Shown here piece by piece: positions 1-11,900 of a stretch of DNA of 27,701 nucleotides; the first letter of the stretch is position 1, and each line of letters opens with the position of its first letter. Under the pieces are notes generated by a model. It did no database searches. It worked only from the letters and a program-made list of their open reading frames with translations, and was not told the origin of the DNA. The DNA comes from Folioceros fuciformis (lineage: Eukaryota), in NCBI GenBank assembly GCA_049999805.1, contig JBNGIO010006005.1:114691-142391 (forward strand), written 5' to 3'. A program made the translations under genes and the position numbers.

Positions 1-600
1 AGGAGAAAGGCCCAAAGCGGGTAGTTTCTCCTATCGCAACCTTCTAACATCATACTAGATCCGATGTGCCACTATCTACTTTCCCCAATCTACTGGGGAT
101 CCCTGGGCCAGCCCATATAGGAGCATTAGTACTCTATCTGCCACATGGTCCCTTTTGGTAATCAACAGCCAATTGACAATCAATTGTGCCACTCAACAGA
201 TTCGTAGGTCCTCAATGGCATGGAAGAGCCACCCATTGGTGGTCTTGAAGGACCCATTTGTCAATAGGGTCTTGGCGGCCTCCTTGACGAGGCCCTTGCT
301 CCTCCGCAAGTTGAGGTAGATTCATCCTCACTCCGAAGCCCGTCGAGCCTCCTACAAACCTCACGCATAATTTGTATGGTCTAGAAGAGTGGGTTATCCC
401 AGACCTTGGTGAATTCTTACCTCCCTTTCGCGCATTGGCACAGGTTCCACGCGAACTCTTGAATTGTTATTGTGGATTAGATGTTCCACAAAATCTAGAA
501 TAGGCCTAATTCCCATTGCTCCATCAAGTCGCCGGCCACCGCCATCCAAAGTGTGAAATTGGGGTATGCCTAAGTTTGGATTTGATCCTTGTTGATTCTC
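1..600 (-). pseudogene. Decayed plant-transposon (LTR retrotransposon accessory-type) ORF fragment
   Basis: Minus-strand translation with stops and at least one frameshift gives 'TITIQEFAWNL...TKVWDNPLF*TIQIMREVC' and 'RVLMLLYGLAQGSPVDWGK*IVAHRI'. This resembles the EFY.N..VRG..I..I.EVL / P.(N/D)WG pattern of plant transposon accessory proteins. It runs off the window edge. Confidence 0.4.
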
Positions 601-1737
601 TATGGGTTGCCGGTCTCGAGAAACAGTCCAAGCGCTATATGTAAAGTGGAGCAGAGTAAGAGAGATTGGAAGGGGGAGATAGGGTGCACGACACCAAGGA
701 CCACAGCATGAGGAAGTGTAACGGCGTGGCGAGAGAAAGATTGGAGTTGCGAGGTAGTCGAAATGGTGGGGAAAAGGGAGGAAGAGTGTGGAGCAGGGAG
801 GGGGGAGGGTAATGCCAACCATAGAGCAGCTTAAGAGTTTACCTTGCTGCGCCTGCAACCATCCACAGACTGTTACACTCATGCGCTCTCATGATGGTCA
901 GTACTTCGAATGTTGATATGGTTGTGAGTCATGTTAGACTACTCACCAACTGACTTCGCTCGGACTACGAACCCTAGGTACATGCTTTCTAACGCATCAG
1001 ATCCAATAACTGTGACAAATCGAAAACTTAACAAAACAAACCATTCAGGTCCGGCGAAAGGTCTGTCGGTTGTCTAGAGTAGGACTTTAATTATTTAGAG
1101 TCTACAATGAGCACAAGATATCTTGACAAGTTGGGACCCTAATCCCGTACCCTTATCACTAGGGGATTTTGTCTCTTGCATCCCCAATCCTATCCTTACT
1201 AACAAGGGGTATGCTTGTTGCATCCTCGGCCCCCACTGTTGCCACAGGATTTTTTTCTCTTGCATCCCCTTACTCTTACCACCACCTTAGTGAAGCATTT
1301 AAATGCGAGGCAGGTCAAGAGGAAGGAGGCATCTTCTACCTACAAATGAGGGGGGAAGGTGAGAAGATATTTCCTTATCTTTGTACTTTTTACCCTGTTT
1401 GAAAGCCTTGTCCCATCACATAGGATGAAAGGATGATCTACACCATGAACCATTCCTCATTTATTAGATAGATCGAATCACCCAGTGACCGGTGAAATGT
1501 TGTAGAAGTGTCTCTTCATTTCATTTTGATCCCTAAGAATCTATGCCATGATATCTTTTTATGCATCTTATGAGACCAATACTATCCCAAAGGAAACAAT
1601 TGAACTAGGTTTATGACAAATCCTCAAATTCCATGAAGCTCGTTTGCACTTTTCTAGAAATATGGAATCCCAGCCAATTTTTAACATTTCATCATAAAAT
1701 TTCAAATACAAGATGATAAATATGTGTTAAAAAAATA

Positions 1738-3391
1738 TTGAATATAAGGGTGCTCTTGGTAGAACCGCAGATAAAATTTGTTTGCACAACCCATAGCGTA
1801 ATGTATCCATTACGAGATCACTTGAACACTGGACTATGCATATGAGCTAATATTGAAACTTAAATGTATTTGTCCAGTGAAATATGTATCATAGTACTTG
1901 GAAACATGACAACATGTACCTGACCAAGTGGAGAGATTGTAGTGATCAAAGTAGTAGCATACTCGTTTGACCACACTAACACTATTGGACTGACCAGTGC
2001 GCCATATTCCCATGTTGTGCAATAGGTGCAGGCAAGTGGCCACTATGCTAAGCAACCAAGTCAATAGCCAATCATCACGGTGCAGTGGTCACCAATGTGA
2101 CCACTATGCCAAGCACAGTCTATGGCCAAGCATCAGAGTGGTCACCAATGTGACCACTATGCCAAGCAAGGTCTACAGCCTACCATCGTAGTGGCCACCA
2201 ATGTGACTATGTGACAAGCAAGATCTACAACCGAGCATCACATTGGTCACCAAAGTGACCACTATGCCAAGCACAGTCAACAGCCAAGCATCACAGTGGT
2301 CACCAATGTGACCATTGTGCCAAGCAAGGTCACCAATGTGATCACTATGTGGAGCAAGGTCAATAGCCAAGCATCAAAGCGGTCACCAATGGGACCACAA
2401 TGCCAAGCAGCAAGGTCAGCAACCAAGCATCACGGTGGTAACCAATGTGTAGAGTGCCATACAATGAATACTCAGCACATCCCCTACAAGGAATACACAA
2501 CACTTTGATATAGCCATAGGAAAGACTCACCTGGGACATATCAAGGAAGTGCGTTATATGCTTGGCGTATGTCTTTGGAGCAATCCTTTATTGCTTAGTG
2601 TCCTTAGTATTCGATGAGGGCCGCGATGCAAGCTCCTAAAATTGCACAATGGTCTCTCTGATGTGTCTTGGAACCATGTCACTCCGAGACTACCGGCCTA
2701 CTCCACACCAAGGTGAAACATCACCACATGCTAACCCTTGGCGAGAGGTAAGTGCTCAATATAGCTGCCTTTTGAGACCACCTATTTGTCGAGAAAGAGA
2801 TGAAACAAGATGTCTCCCCTGGATGTCATCTGATAGAATGATGTTGAACAAATTGTTTCTGGCCCTTAAGTGATCGCCATGTTGTACATCCTTCAGGCTT
2901 GTGCAAGCATTCTTCACATTCTTCAGTATCAATGAAGCCAGCTTGTTGTCCCTAGCAGACTAACTCAATTCATTTTGGTAACCCTTGAGTAGCAGTTGCC
3001 AAAAATGGGCCAAAATGTCCTTCCTGCAATCTGCTGTGTATGCTGAAGTGGCATGCATAAATTGTTGCCCAAGGTCACGAGTAGCCAGCTGCTTAACCCT
3101 GGTAGAACATTGATGCAACCCATCATGTGCAATTACAGCACGTTGCTCCGCTCTCCACTTCCGCACACATTCTGTGGACGTGCATTTTACATGATGGCCA
3201 TCACCAACAACACACTATCCATCCCCACCAGCATCAATAGCCTGAAGACCTACCACCCCTTCACTGTTGTCCAACTAAACTTTGAGAATTGCTGGAGCTG
3301 GAGGACATGACTGGTGTTGAACTTGCCTTTCCCTTTGTTGTCGCTTCTGTTGAGCCCATGCCCGCCGCTAGCTTGTAGGGGATCGGGCCAT
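1738..3391 (-). mobile_element. Decayed spliced DNA-transposase-like gene (N-terminal part; superfamily uncertain)
   Basis: One frame runs from ATG 3391 to a CAG|GTGAGT donor at 2531 (287 codons, 8 in-frame stops, no frameshift). Motifs: 'STECVRKWRA' and 'W..GR*SRSDMVP..IRETIVQF*..SRPSSNTKD..RIAPKTYAKHITHFLDMSQ'. A second exon remnant at 1781-1738 reads 'YLRFYQEHPYIQ' after a decayed acceptor (gtgcaa), matching the Y..F...HP.I motif I expect to follow in such transposases. Confidence 0.55.
2036..2450. repeat. 53-bp minisatellite, about 8 imperfect copies, with palindromic core GTGGTCAC-CAAT-GTGACCAC
   Basis: Cores start at 2085, 2138, 2191, 2243, 2296, ~2326 (short unit), 2379 and 2435. The inter-core segments (tatgccaagca..gtc.a.agccaagcatca) are homologous to each other. 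Confidence 0.9.
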
Positions 3392-4146
3392 TCCACAAAT
3401 CATTATGAGCTATGCAGTGGCAGAAGCTATTAAAGAGGGTGCCTGTGGCATATGCACTTTAGAAAAAAACAAGGGAACATCTCTATGAGAATTAGGTGCA
3501 TAAGTTGGCAAGCATCAAACCTAAACACATCTCCACCTCCATTCTATCTTATTTGAGTAAGAAACAATTAATTAAATTTTCTTGAATCTAGAGAGAAAAA
3601 ATACACTTGTTTCACCCATTTTCCACTAAAGTGAACACCAAAGCATGCGTACACTCATAACAAAGCTTCCTTGATTTCAAACAAGAATAATGATTATTTC
3701 CAACCAATGTAGATGTATGTATAGGTGTCAGTAGAAGACTCATAGATAAGCTCTTTATTTACTATATGTAAGTATTTTTTTTATTTCTACTTAGAGAAAG
3801 TGCTCACTTTTAAGCAAGCATGTAGAGAATTGCTTAAGGTTTCTTCTTCCTTTTCTTATAAAATTTATCATTGGGATTTTAATTATATATTTCTTTGTCT
3901 TTTTTGGAAAAATTATAATGAAAATGAATGCATGATTGCAGGCCAATACTTACAAGGGCTTTGAAACTCAGGTAAAGGTGTACTTAAGTTGGGATGCCTT
4001 TGTACAAGATTCAAGGAATTCTGATTTACAGAATTCCATTCAGGCAGTGACCTATTTATGAGAGAAAAAAGCAGTCCCTCCTTGACATCTCTACAAAACA
4101 TCCACCTGACTAGCGATATACATACATTGTACTTCGCAACCACGGT

Positions 4147-5262
4147 TTATGTATATCTGGATTTCACACTAAAGTTCTTATGCAGGAACCTGCGAAGCCT
4201 TTTCCATTTTTGGCGTGGAGTCTTCTCTGCGTAACTTTGTGTGTATGAGAGAGCAGTGACTAGCCCCTCCTCCTGCCAAGAGGCAACATTTGAACTATGT
4301 TTAGCAAGATGTGTGTGATCTACGCTTCTCCAGAGAGTAAGTGAAGATGGCTGAATTTTGTGGATCGACTTTGAGTGCACCTGAATTGGCTGCCACTCGC
4401 CTCGGCAGTCTGTGTATAGTGCCCGCCTTGCTGCCGGCTTCAGCTGACGCTCTGTGAGCACATGTTCTGTGGAATCCGAAGTTCGGACTTCATCAACGTA
4501 TGGACCTGACGCGGCAGCGCTCGTCTTGCTGTCTGGGAACATCATCACGGTCCCTTCCACTGAATCAGCAAACGTAACAAAAGTGTCGATGTCCTCGTGG
4601 AAGGTAACTACAGAGGGCCTGGTTGGATGCGGACTTTCAAACACCTGTTCCTCTGCACTTTGCTGGAATAGGTCACAGTTGCTTGTCAGGCAGGATGCAT
4701 TTTCTCGAAAGCATTAAATTACGACAACAGATTGGAGCCTTCGCTGTTGAGTGCAGGGTATCACCATAGCCATTCTCATCTCCAGACCAGCAATCCTCTC
4801 AGACAGGGGGCCCTTCTCCTTGGTATCCTTCAGCACGTCCGTGACTGGCATAGCAAGTTTCTCGCCATGGCCACCGGGAGGGGAAAGAGATTCTGACCTC
4901 TGCTCGTCGGTCCCCCAGGCTGGGTTGCTCTTCCTGCGTTCCAAGTAGGAAAGCTGGGTTGTACATGGACAAAACAGGACAGATAACAGAGGAGTTAAAA
5001 CAGAAAAAAAATAAAAAATTCCGTCTTTCACTGCATTCCAATAGTGTGGCAAGGGGGAGGTCGTGATAGGGGAACGTGTAGACACTTGCTGCTCCAGACG
5101 CTCCACTCTGCGCAGCAGAGAAGTGCTTGGAGGTGTTGGCAATCCCGAGCACACGCCCTCGGTCTCAAAGCCTCTCTGCTCAAGCTCTTGCACATCTTCC
5201 AGCTCAGTCATGCTCTCCGACCCCGCTTCATCCCCGTGGCTCACGCTAGGCATGGACGCCAT
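4147..5262 (-). CDS. Uncharacterised conserved land-plant protein with short coiled-coil-like motifs; probably 3-4 exons
   Basis: ATG at 5262 has an in-frame stop just upstream. Exons 5262-5086 and 4953-4765 join in phase, giving 'SLLRRVERLEQQ|LSYLERRK...PVTDVLKDTKEKGPLSERIAGLEMRM'. This resembles the plant family motif 'ILSRLDRLD..L..LEE...L.EV..KGTLMERVA.LENR'. The ORF 4147-4644 supplies the 3' part, with a basic W-containing C-terminus. Confidence 0.65.
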
Positions 5263-5958
5263 GGAAAACCCTCTTGATCAAACCTGCCCTAGGCACGGCA
5301 GGACAGGGCTTCCTTTCCCAAGACAGGATCAACAAACAAAGTCTCCGCTTCCACTGGCATGGCCAATCTCGATGCAGGTTTTCTGAGACGGTTACCGACA
5401 TCGGAGTCTCCACCATTGCCACTGCAACCGTTGTTCTGACGAGGGTCCTCCGACCCCCCCTCGCTTGCCTCGGGTCAAATTCATGACTCTCCGGCCACCG
5501 ATCATGATACTTTGCCCATCGCATCGTCAACGCCGATGAGGCTAGCTCGTAAGTTCATTGGCTGATTTCACGCACGTTCGGTTAACATGATAGAAATTCG
5601 GTGTTCAATTAGTGGACGCGCATGCGCCGCCGAATTCGCAAACGAGTTGGTGAAACTGGCAGATCTCTGCGAGATCAATAGGTCACACGTGAAACCGCGT
5701 GGTCGCTGTTAGTGCTCCACTACATACTTAAAGGGGATTTTCCAAGCCTTTTCCCTTTTACTATGCAATAGGTACTAATAACAGCACCACTATGCGAACA
5801 GTCCATTTCGATTTGTTTCAGGTTTTTGATTATCGCGTAAATCCTCGCAAACCAAGAAAAGCTTTTAGTCAGACTAGCCGCTCACAATCTACTCGTAATC
5901 ATTCACAACTCATAAGCAGATGCATCTATCTGTGTTTCCGAATTTGGTTCCAAGAGAG

Positions 5959-7471
5959 CTAAACTGGAATGCACCTCTTCAGTGTCGAAGGCCACCAAGG
6001 AAGTGATGCAAGAACCCCCTGCTCAGAGCGATACCTGCCTAAGCCCGATTCCGGCGGCGACTCTGCTCCGGAGTCATACAACTGGAGAGAAATGTAACTT
6101 GAAGGTTCTGATGCAGCTGAAGGAATTGTTGCTGGACCCCTTTGGTCTTCTTGAGCACAGGAGGTTGGGACTCTTCTCCATTGGTCGGGCCCCGATAAAC
6201 CTGGGCCCCTGAGTACAAATGATCGTGAGCCCGTGTCACAGATTTTGTCATCCTTGCGCAAAACTGTAGGTAGGTTCCATGACGATGGTCAGTGGGGATC
6301 CGAAGGTAAGAATTGGGAATCCATCTGCCTGGAATGAAGGGGCAAGGGGTGAGACTGGAGAGCGTTACTTACGTGTTGTTGTGTAAGGGGACAGAAAGAG
6401 CTGAAAGTTGCTCGTGTCCATGCCCAGCACAGGAAGGCGCGCCTCTCTTGCATACAATTCCAGTGCCGATTTTATGATATCTTCTACCTTGGTGTCCACA
6501 GCTACCACAAGTCTCAGAGCTCCTATGGTTCCCATCAGAGCGACGGTTATTAATACGCGTGAGCTGGATGGTGATGCGTAGGATGGCCATGCTGCTTCCT
6601 GGTCCCAATGACGAGACAGGCAAAGGTTACGTTAACTGGGCGGTAAAACTTGGGCAGGAACAGACTTGGAGCAGAGTAGGGTGGTCACCTGGACTTGATT
6701 GAAGAGCGTGTGCAGCATTGTGATAAAGCCCCCTGGCTTATCCTTGTCTGTTCCCCACTTAGAAGAAAAGGCTGGATCTGTCAGCACCCGCTTGATCGAC
6801 ATGCTGGCATCCTGCATGCTGCCCCAGTGATCGCCCTGGGGAATTTCCTCCTTCTCTAAGGTTACCGGGGCCTGCACAGGTGTTTGGCTCAAGGGTTCAG
6901 AAGCTGAACGCCTGGCTGATGCATTGTGGCTCACTTCAATGGCAAAGCTTGCATCTTTTCCTCGCGAATGATGGCGATTATTGCTATAGTACTCCGGCTG
7001 CGCCTTCCAGGTCACCCTCAGCTTCTTGGACTTGGACCCACGCCCCCCTGGTGGCAACTCGTTCCTGGACCGAAGAGCTGATTGCAACACAGGTCTTGGC
7101 TCCTGCTGTTGTTTTGGGTTTGCGGCTGTCACCTTGCGGGTCAAGAAGCAGGGCTCCCTTTCACCCTCTGCTACACTGCCCCTCTGATAGTCCCCACTCT
7201 TTGCAGGGATGTCCCTGGAATTCAGCTCTCCACTGAGTTGTGATGTGCTCATTAATAAGTGGTCAGAGATGCTGCCACCAGGATCCAGTACATTTTTGGA
7301 TAGAGTACTCACTGTGATGGAGGAGTTTGTCTGAGTGAATTCCACCTCACGTCCTGTTGTGTCGAGGTTGTTACGATCAGCGAACACGTCTGGTATGATT
7401 TCTTTCGAAGCTGACAGTTGCACCTTGAAAGGGTCTGAGGGAAGAGTCTCAGGACCCGGGAAATGCACCAT
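5959..7471 (-). CDS. At4g22758-like (DUF7054-type) protein with long low-complexity N-terminal extension; 5' end uncertain
   Basis: Exons (>=7471)-6689, 6598-6373 and 6263-5959 join in phase at GT-AG sites. The translation 'RVLITVALMGTIGALRLVVAVDTKVEDIIKSALELYAREARLPVLGMDTSNFQLF...LRKDDKICDTGSRSFVL' matches the family pattern 'RLLI.V...GS.GP.R..V.....V..VI..AL..YAREGRLP.LG....F.L...G.RNF.L'. Upstream exons may lie in 7500-8700. Confidence 0.7.
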
Positions 7472-8280
7472 CCTTGAGAATAATGGTGCACTGCAGAAGC
7501 CCTGATCTGCAGGAATTTCAAAGCAACTTCAGAGTTCTCAGACCCAGCTAAAAAGATTTCTTGACTTGAGAACAGTCTAGGTCCTACAATAGTATCAATA
7601 TCTGGAGAGTTTGACTGATACTAAAGACTTTGACGAGTTCCAGTAAGCCTCCTTAGGCTTTCGTTCAGTGAAGCATCTGTACATGGAGGTGCTGTTTACA
7701 AGTGGGAATTGGGATCTGAGACCTGGCTGGAGGACAGTGGCAACAAGACTGGAGACTCAAAGGGTATGAAGAAGCAAGCGACGTTCACCAGAAATCAAAG
7801 TGACCATAACAATCACTGCATTGAAACAAACAAATAACACGTTCTCCAGAGTGTCCCTCCAACCAGCTTGCAAGACCAGTCTGAACAGACCTGAGAAGTT
7901 CATCATTTTGATCCAAGACTTGCACGTAAGACAGCACCTGTGGACCCGAGTCCAGCAGTAAACCGGTACAACAAATTACTCTGTCAGTGACTTGATATGC
8001 TGATAAAGTCCTCCAAATTTTCAACGCAATGAAGTCGATCGACCTCGGTGTTCGAATGATGCTCCCTCTTGACAATACTCCAGTAGCGAAAACCGTCAAG
8101 CGCGACGACAGTCAAGGATTGGGGAGCATGAACTCGTGCAGAGACATGCCCACAAGAGGAATCGGGAGTGGGGGGTTTCGTAGGAGATCTACTGCCAGCG
8201 CAAGTGGTGCTGACAGGACAGGCACCGAAACGGGTGGGTGAGGGGACACAGCATTCGAACAGTGGCGAAGGCGATCCGTG

Positions 8281-8380
8281 NNNNNNNNNNNNNNNNNNNN
8301 NNNNNNNNNNNNNNNNNNNNNNNNNNNNNNNNNNNNNNNNNNNNNNNNNNNNNNNNNNNNNNNNNNNNNNNNNNNNNNNN
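8281..8380. other. Assembly gap (100 N)
   Basis: Run of 100 N. Confidence 1.
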
Positions 8381-8992
8381 CCTTGACGCCTATCTCTGCT
8401 ACACCTTCGGTCCCACTCACTCTGTAGGTTCTCACACCACCGGGAACTCCGACTGTTCATTGAATTGAGTTGCCATCATCTTCTCAGGAGGGGAGACCTG
8501 GTGCAAGCACCTCCGCTTCACGCCAATGCCATAAGGAATGCGGAGTCTCCTCAAATTCTCCTGTGATGGTGGGGGCCCACAGTTTTAGCACCATCGCGTT
8601 GCTTTGTCGGTTTCCTTTTAGGATAAACGTCCTGCAGTCTCCAAGTGTCCAGGGACAGATACTCCCTGGCAAGCAAGCACGACCATCGAGCACGACGCCT
8701 CCCTATTCAGTACCCAGTCAAGACAGGTCTCCAGTGTGGGCTCCAGCGCTTTCTGCGGCTGCTTTTTAGTACACCGCTTCTCATCCAGGTCTACGGAGAG
8801 CTGAACAGACTTGATGTTCGATTTGGTCTGCACCTTCCTTCCCCAAACAATGTCCCCTCAGACAGAACGTGGACCTCTGGGTGTCTATGTACGAACAGAT
8901 GCGGATGATCACATGTGAAGTGTCACTCCTAGTCTACTCGTACTAATACATGTAACCTAGGTCGAGGACGTATCGATTGCGCGCTAGGTAGG

Positions 8993-11900
8993 TCATCCAA
9001 CAACTCGGGCCTCCAGGAGTATGCTGCTGTGTGGCTGCAGGTCGTACAAGAGAGGACTGGTCACAAGTCCACAGCAAACACCTATCAGCAAATGAACAGT
9101 TTTGCAGAACCTGCAGAGTTAACACACGCCTCAAGGCAGGAAGTGCACCTTCCTTCCTCCTGTTGTGTGCCCAGAGGAACCCCGTCTTGAATAAAGTTCT
9201 GGGGAAATGGGAGGTTTGTGTCCGCGATTCGATACCTGAAGTGCAGATACCCATGGTCAGCACTCCTTAGCGACGAGATAGCAATACGTTCTCCGAAAGA
9301 CCTTCCAACTTAAGATCGCTTACCAAGTCATGCCTTCTGGTGGATTGGGCAAGCTGGCAGAGGCTGTCCAACTATGTGCATTGAACGCCATGTACAGATC
9401 TCCGACTCGCGGCGAGGCACTGTTTTCCGACGTCTTCGCCCGCAGACTGGCGGCAATGAAGCAACTGCAACACAACAGTCATCGTTAGTGACACGACCCG
9501 TTGAGCGGTCAACACGCAATGTCATCTAACTAGTATTACACTCTGTCCAACAAACACAGATGATGTAGGGTGTTACCTCTCAGGAACATCCCATTGTGGC
9601 TTGTTCAGCTCAACACCATGCCATGACAACAGGCTTGGATCCAAGAAGTTCTTTTGCTGGAGCGACGCAGCAGCAGCAGAAAATAGCTAAATGAGTGGTA
9701 CAAATGCTAGAAAAAGAAATTGCTATTTGTACCTTCAATACATCTTGTCGGCGTGAACGGAAAGCAACCAAAGAGGAGATGAGGTGCGTCATCTGCTGTC
9801 CGAAGTCTGCTTCTAAGGCATCCCACTGAAAAAAACATTCCCTGACGTAACAACACAAGCAAGACAAGACAAGCAAATGAATCACTAAGCCAAAGGCGAT
9901 TGCACTTCACACGATCCCAGAAGGTCACCTACCTGTCCTGCAGAAACGTACTGCCACCTTTCGAATATCCATACTCGTCCCCCATGTTCAGAACAGGAGT
10001 TCCTTGAGAAAGAAAGAGAGCCATAAGAAAATTGCCGACCTGAGGAAAAGTAGTCAGTTTGGGAGGGAAGACAGTGAGCGACAGGCTTCACGAAGCCAGC
10101 CAGAAACAGAGCTAATACCTGCTTTACTCGCGTGTGAAGAACTGCCTGGTTACTAGAAGGACCTTCCTCCCCACAATTCCAACTATTTTCATATTAAGGT
10201 CAGCTATTTTAGAAAATTGTTCTGGGAACGACACCATTGCTTCTCAATAACCAAACACTCTGTCAAGAACCAGTACTCACCTCAGCTCACTGTCTCCAAC
10301 CTCTGCATTACTTTCATTGAAATAACATGGAGACCGAAAAACACATGCGATCGATTTTCAAACGAGTTAACCACTGAGGAACATTCACACCTCTGTAGAA
10401 TGGCAGGAGCTTGCAACCAAGAATCAGGAGCTCAAAAGACTACTTTGCCGAGGGGCTGTTCACCTGTAGCTAACCAAGTCAGCAAGTGTGAGCCCAAAGG
10501 AACTAGTTATAAAATTGATAGAGAAGCTGGGCCCACGACTGTTGGCAAACAGATCTCCACTACAAAAAGACATAAGACACAAGTTTATGCTATATATGAA
10601 GTCAATGCTCAAGAGATTACTGGAATAGGAAACCCCGAAGAGAACGCAGTTCCACGTAACATTCATCTCACTAAATCAGACCATTCCTGGTGCCTGCAAC
10701 ATGAGGAGAAAACCTCGAAAAATTGCACTTCCACATAACATTCAGGTCCGAGGTTAGTCCATCCCAGTTACCTGCCACATACTCTTGTTGCAAACGTGCT
10801 TAGCCTGCCTTGTTCCCCTCTGATCATACGACGCACGTCACTGCGAAATTGAAAGTTCCACTCACACCACCTTCTCCAATGAGGGAACTTGGTATCCTAA
10901 TCCGTTCTCACCCAGTTAGTGTGGTTGAAACAATATTACAAGAGGCGTTCTTACAGGAAACTTCACATCATGTATCAGGAAGATATTACCTTACAGGAAC
11001 CTGAAATTGGTGAGCATGTGTCAGCAATAAGCTTGCTACCACCAAGCAGAGGCTCAAATGAGATAGCTTCCACCAGCGGTGGCCTACTCAGCTCCTGTCC
11101 GTGAGGTCCTGTGACGAGTGCAGATGCATTCACAAAACTGAAGCCATCCACATGGTACTCGTCAACCCAATGTCTGAGGCTGTCCAGTATCTAGAGATCC
11201 AAAGTGCACAAGGTACCCATATCAGCTTGCAAAACACCTCTATGAGACTCCATGGAACATTTGAACTTGCTGCGGTGCAAACAGATTTGATCCCAGTAGG
11301 TACTCTAAGCACAAGGAGATTATAGTACCATTCTTGTGACAATAGGATGATTACAATTTAAGCAGTTCAGTGCACCTGTATCCGGAGTAGAAACCCTACA
11401 AGAGATGACATGCCCCTCAGGAGAGGTTCACACAGAACGAGGACGACATGACCAAACGAGAACTAACAAAATGCCAAACACCACATACCTGCCAAATTGA
11501 TCAACGATGTAATAAGTTGCATTGTCAATACCACGGAGAGAGATTCTTTTAGGTTTCTCATCGCCATTTTCCGCTGTGTGACTGTACACAACTTCAAGAA
11601 TCACCTGGCAGGACCAAACCTGGATCTCAGCCACAGGAAGCTCACAGATGGTGTAGTATTGCCCCATAAGTGGACGCAAAAGCAACTCAAAGCAACAGGC
11701 GAAGGGTTATAGACACCTCAATTCCCCTTCTGTGTAATTCCTTCACCATCTGCTTGAAGGACGTACTTGCCGCTAGGCTGTCTCCACCAGGCCCATACAA
11801 GGGGGATGGTGCAAAAAAGCTGCGAGGACATAGACACAGTGGAATATTGTTTTAACTCAAACTGCATACGTAGTTCTGCTGGGCAATTTCGCACACAAGG

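Noticed and set aside
2036..2450. CRISPR array (palindromic repeats at regular spacing)
   Set aside because: The spacers are homologous to each other, there are no cas genes, and the context is eukaryotic. It is a minisatellite.
2531..3391. Stops repaired by U-to-C RNA editing (known in hornwort and fern organelles)
   Set aside because: The context is nuclear and spliceosomal, one stop sits at a probable Trp (G>A, not repairable by U-to-C), and the next exon is truncated. Mutational decay is the simpler explanation.
10217..10738. 173-aa plus-strand ORF
   Set aside because: It is antisense to ISA2 exons and introns, starts with TTG, and has no recognisable motif.
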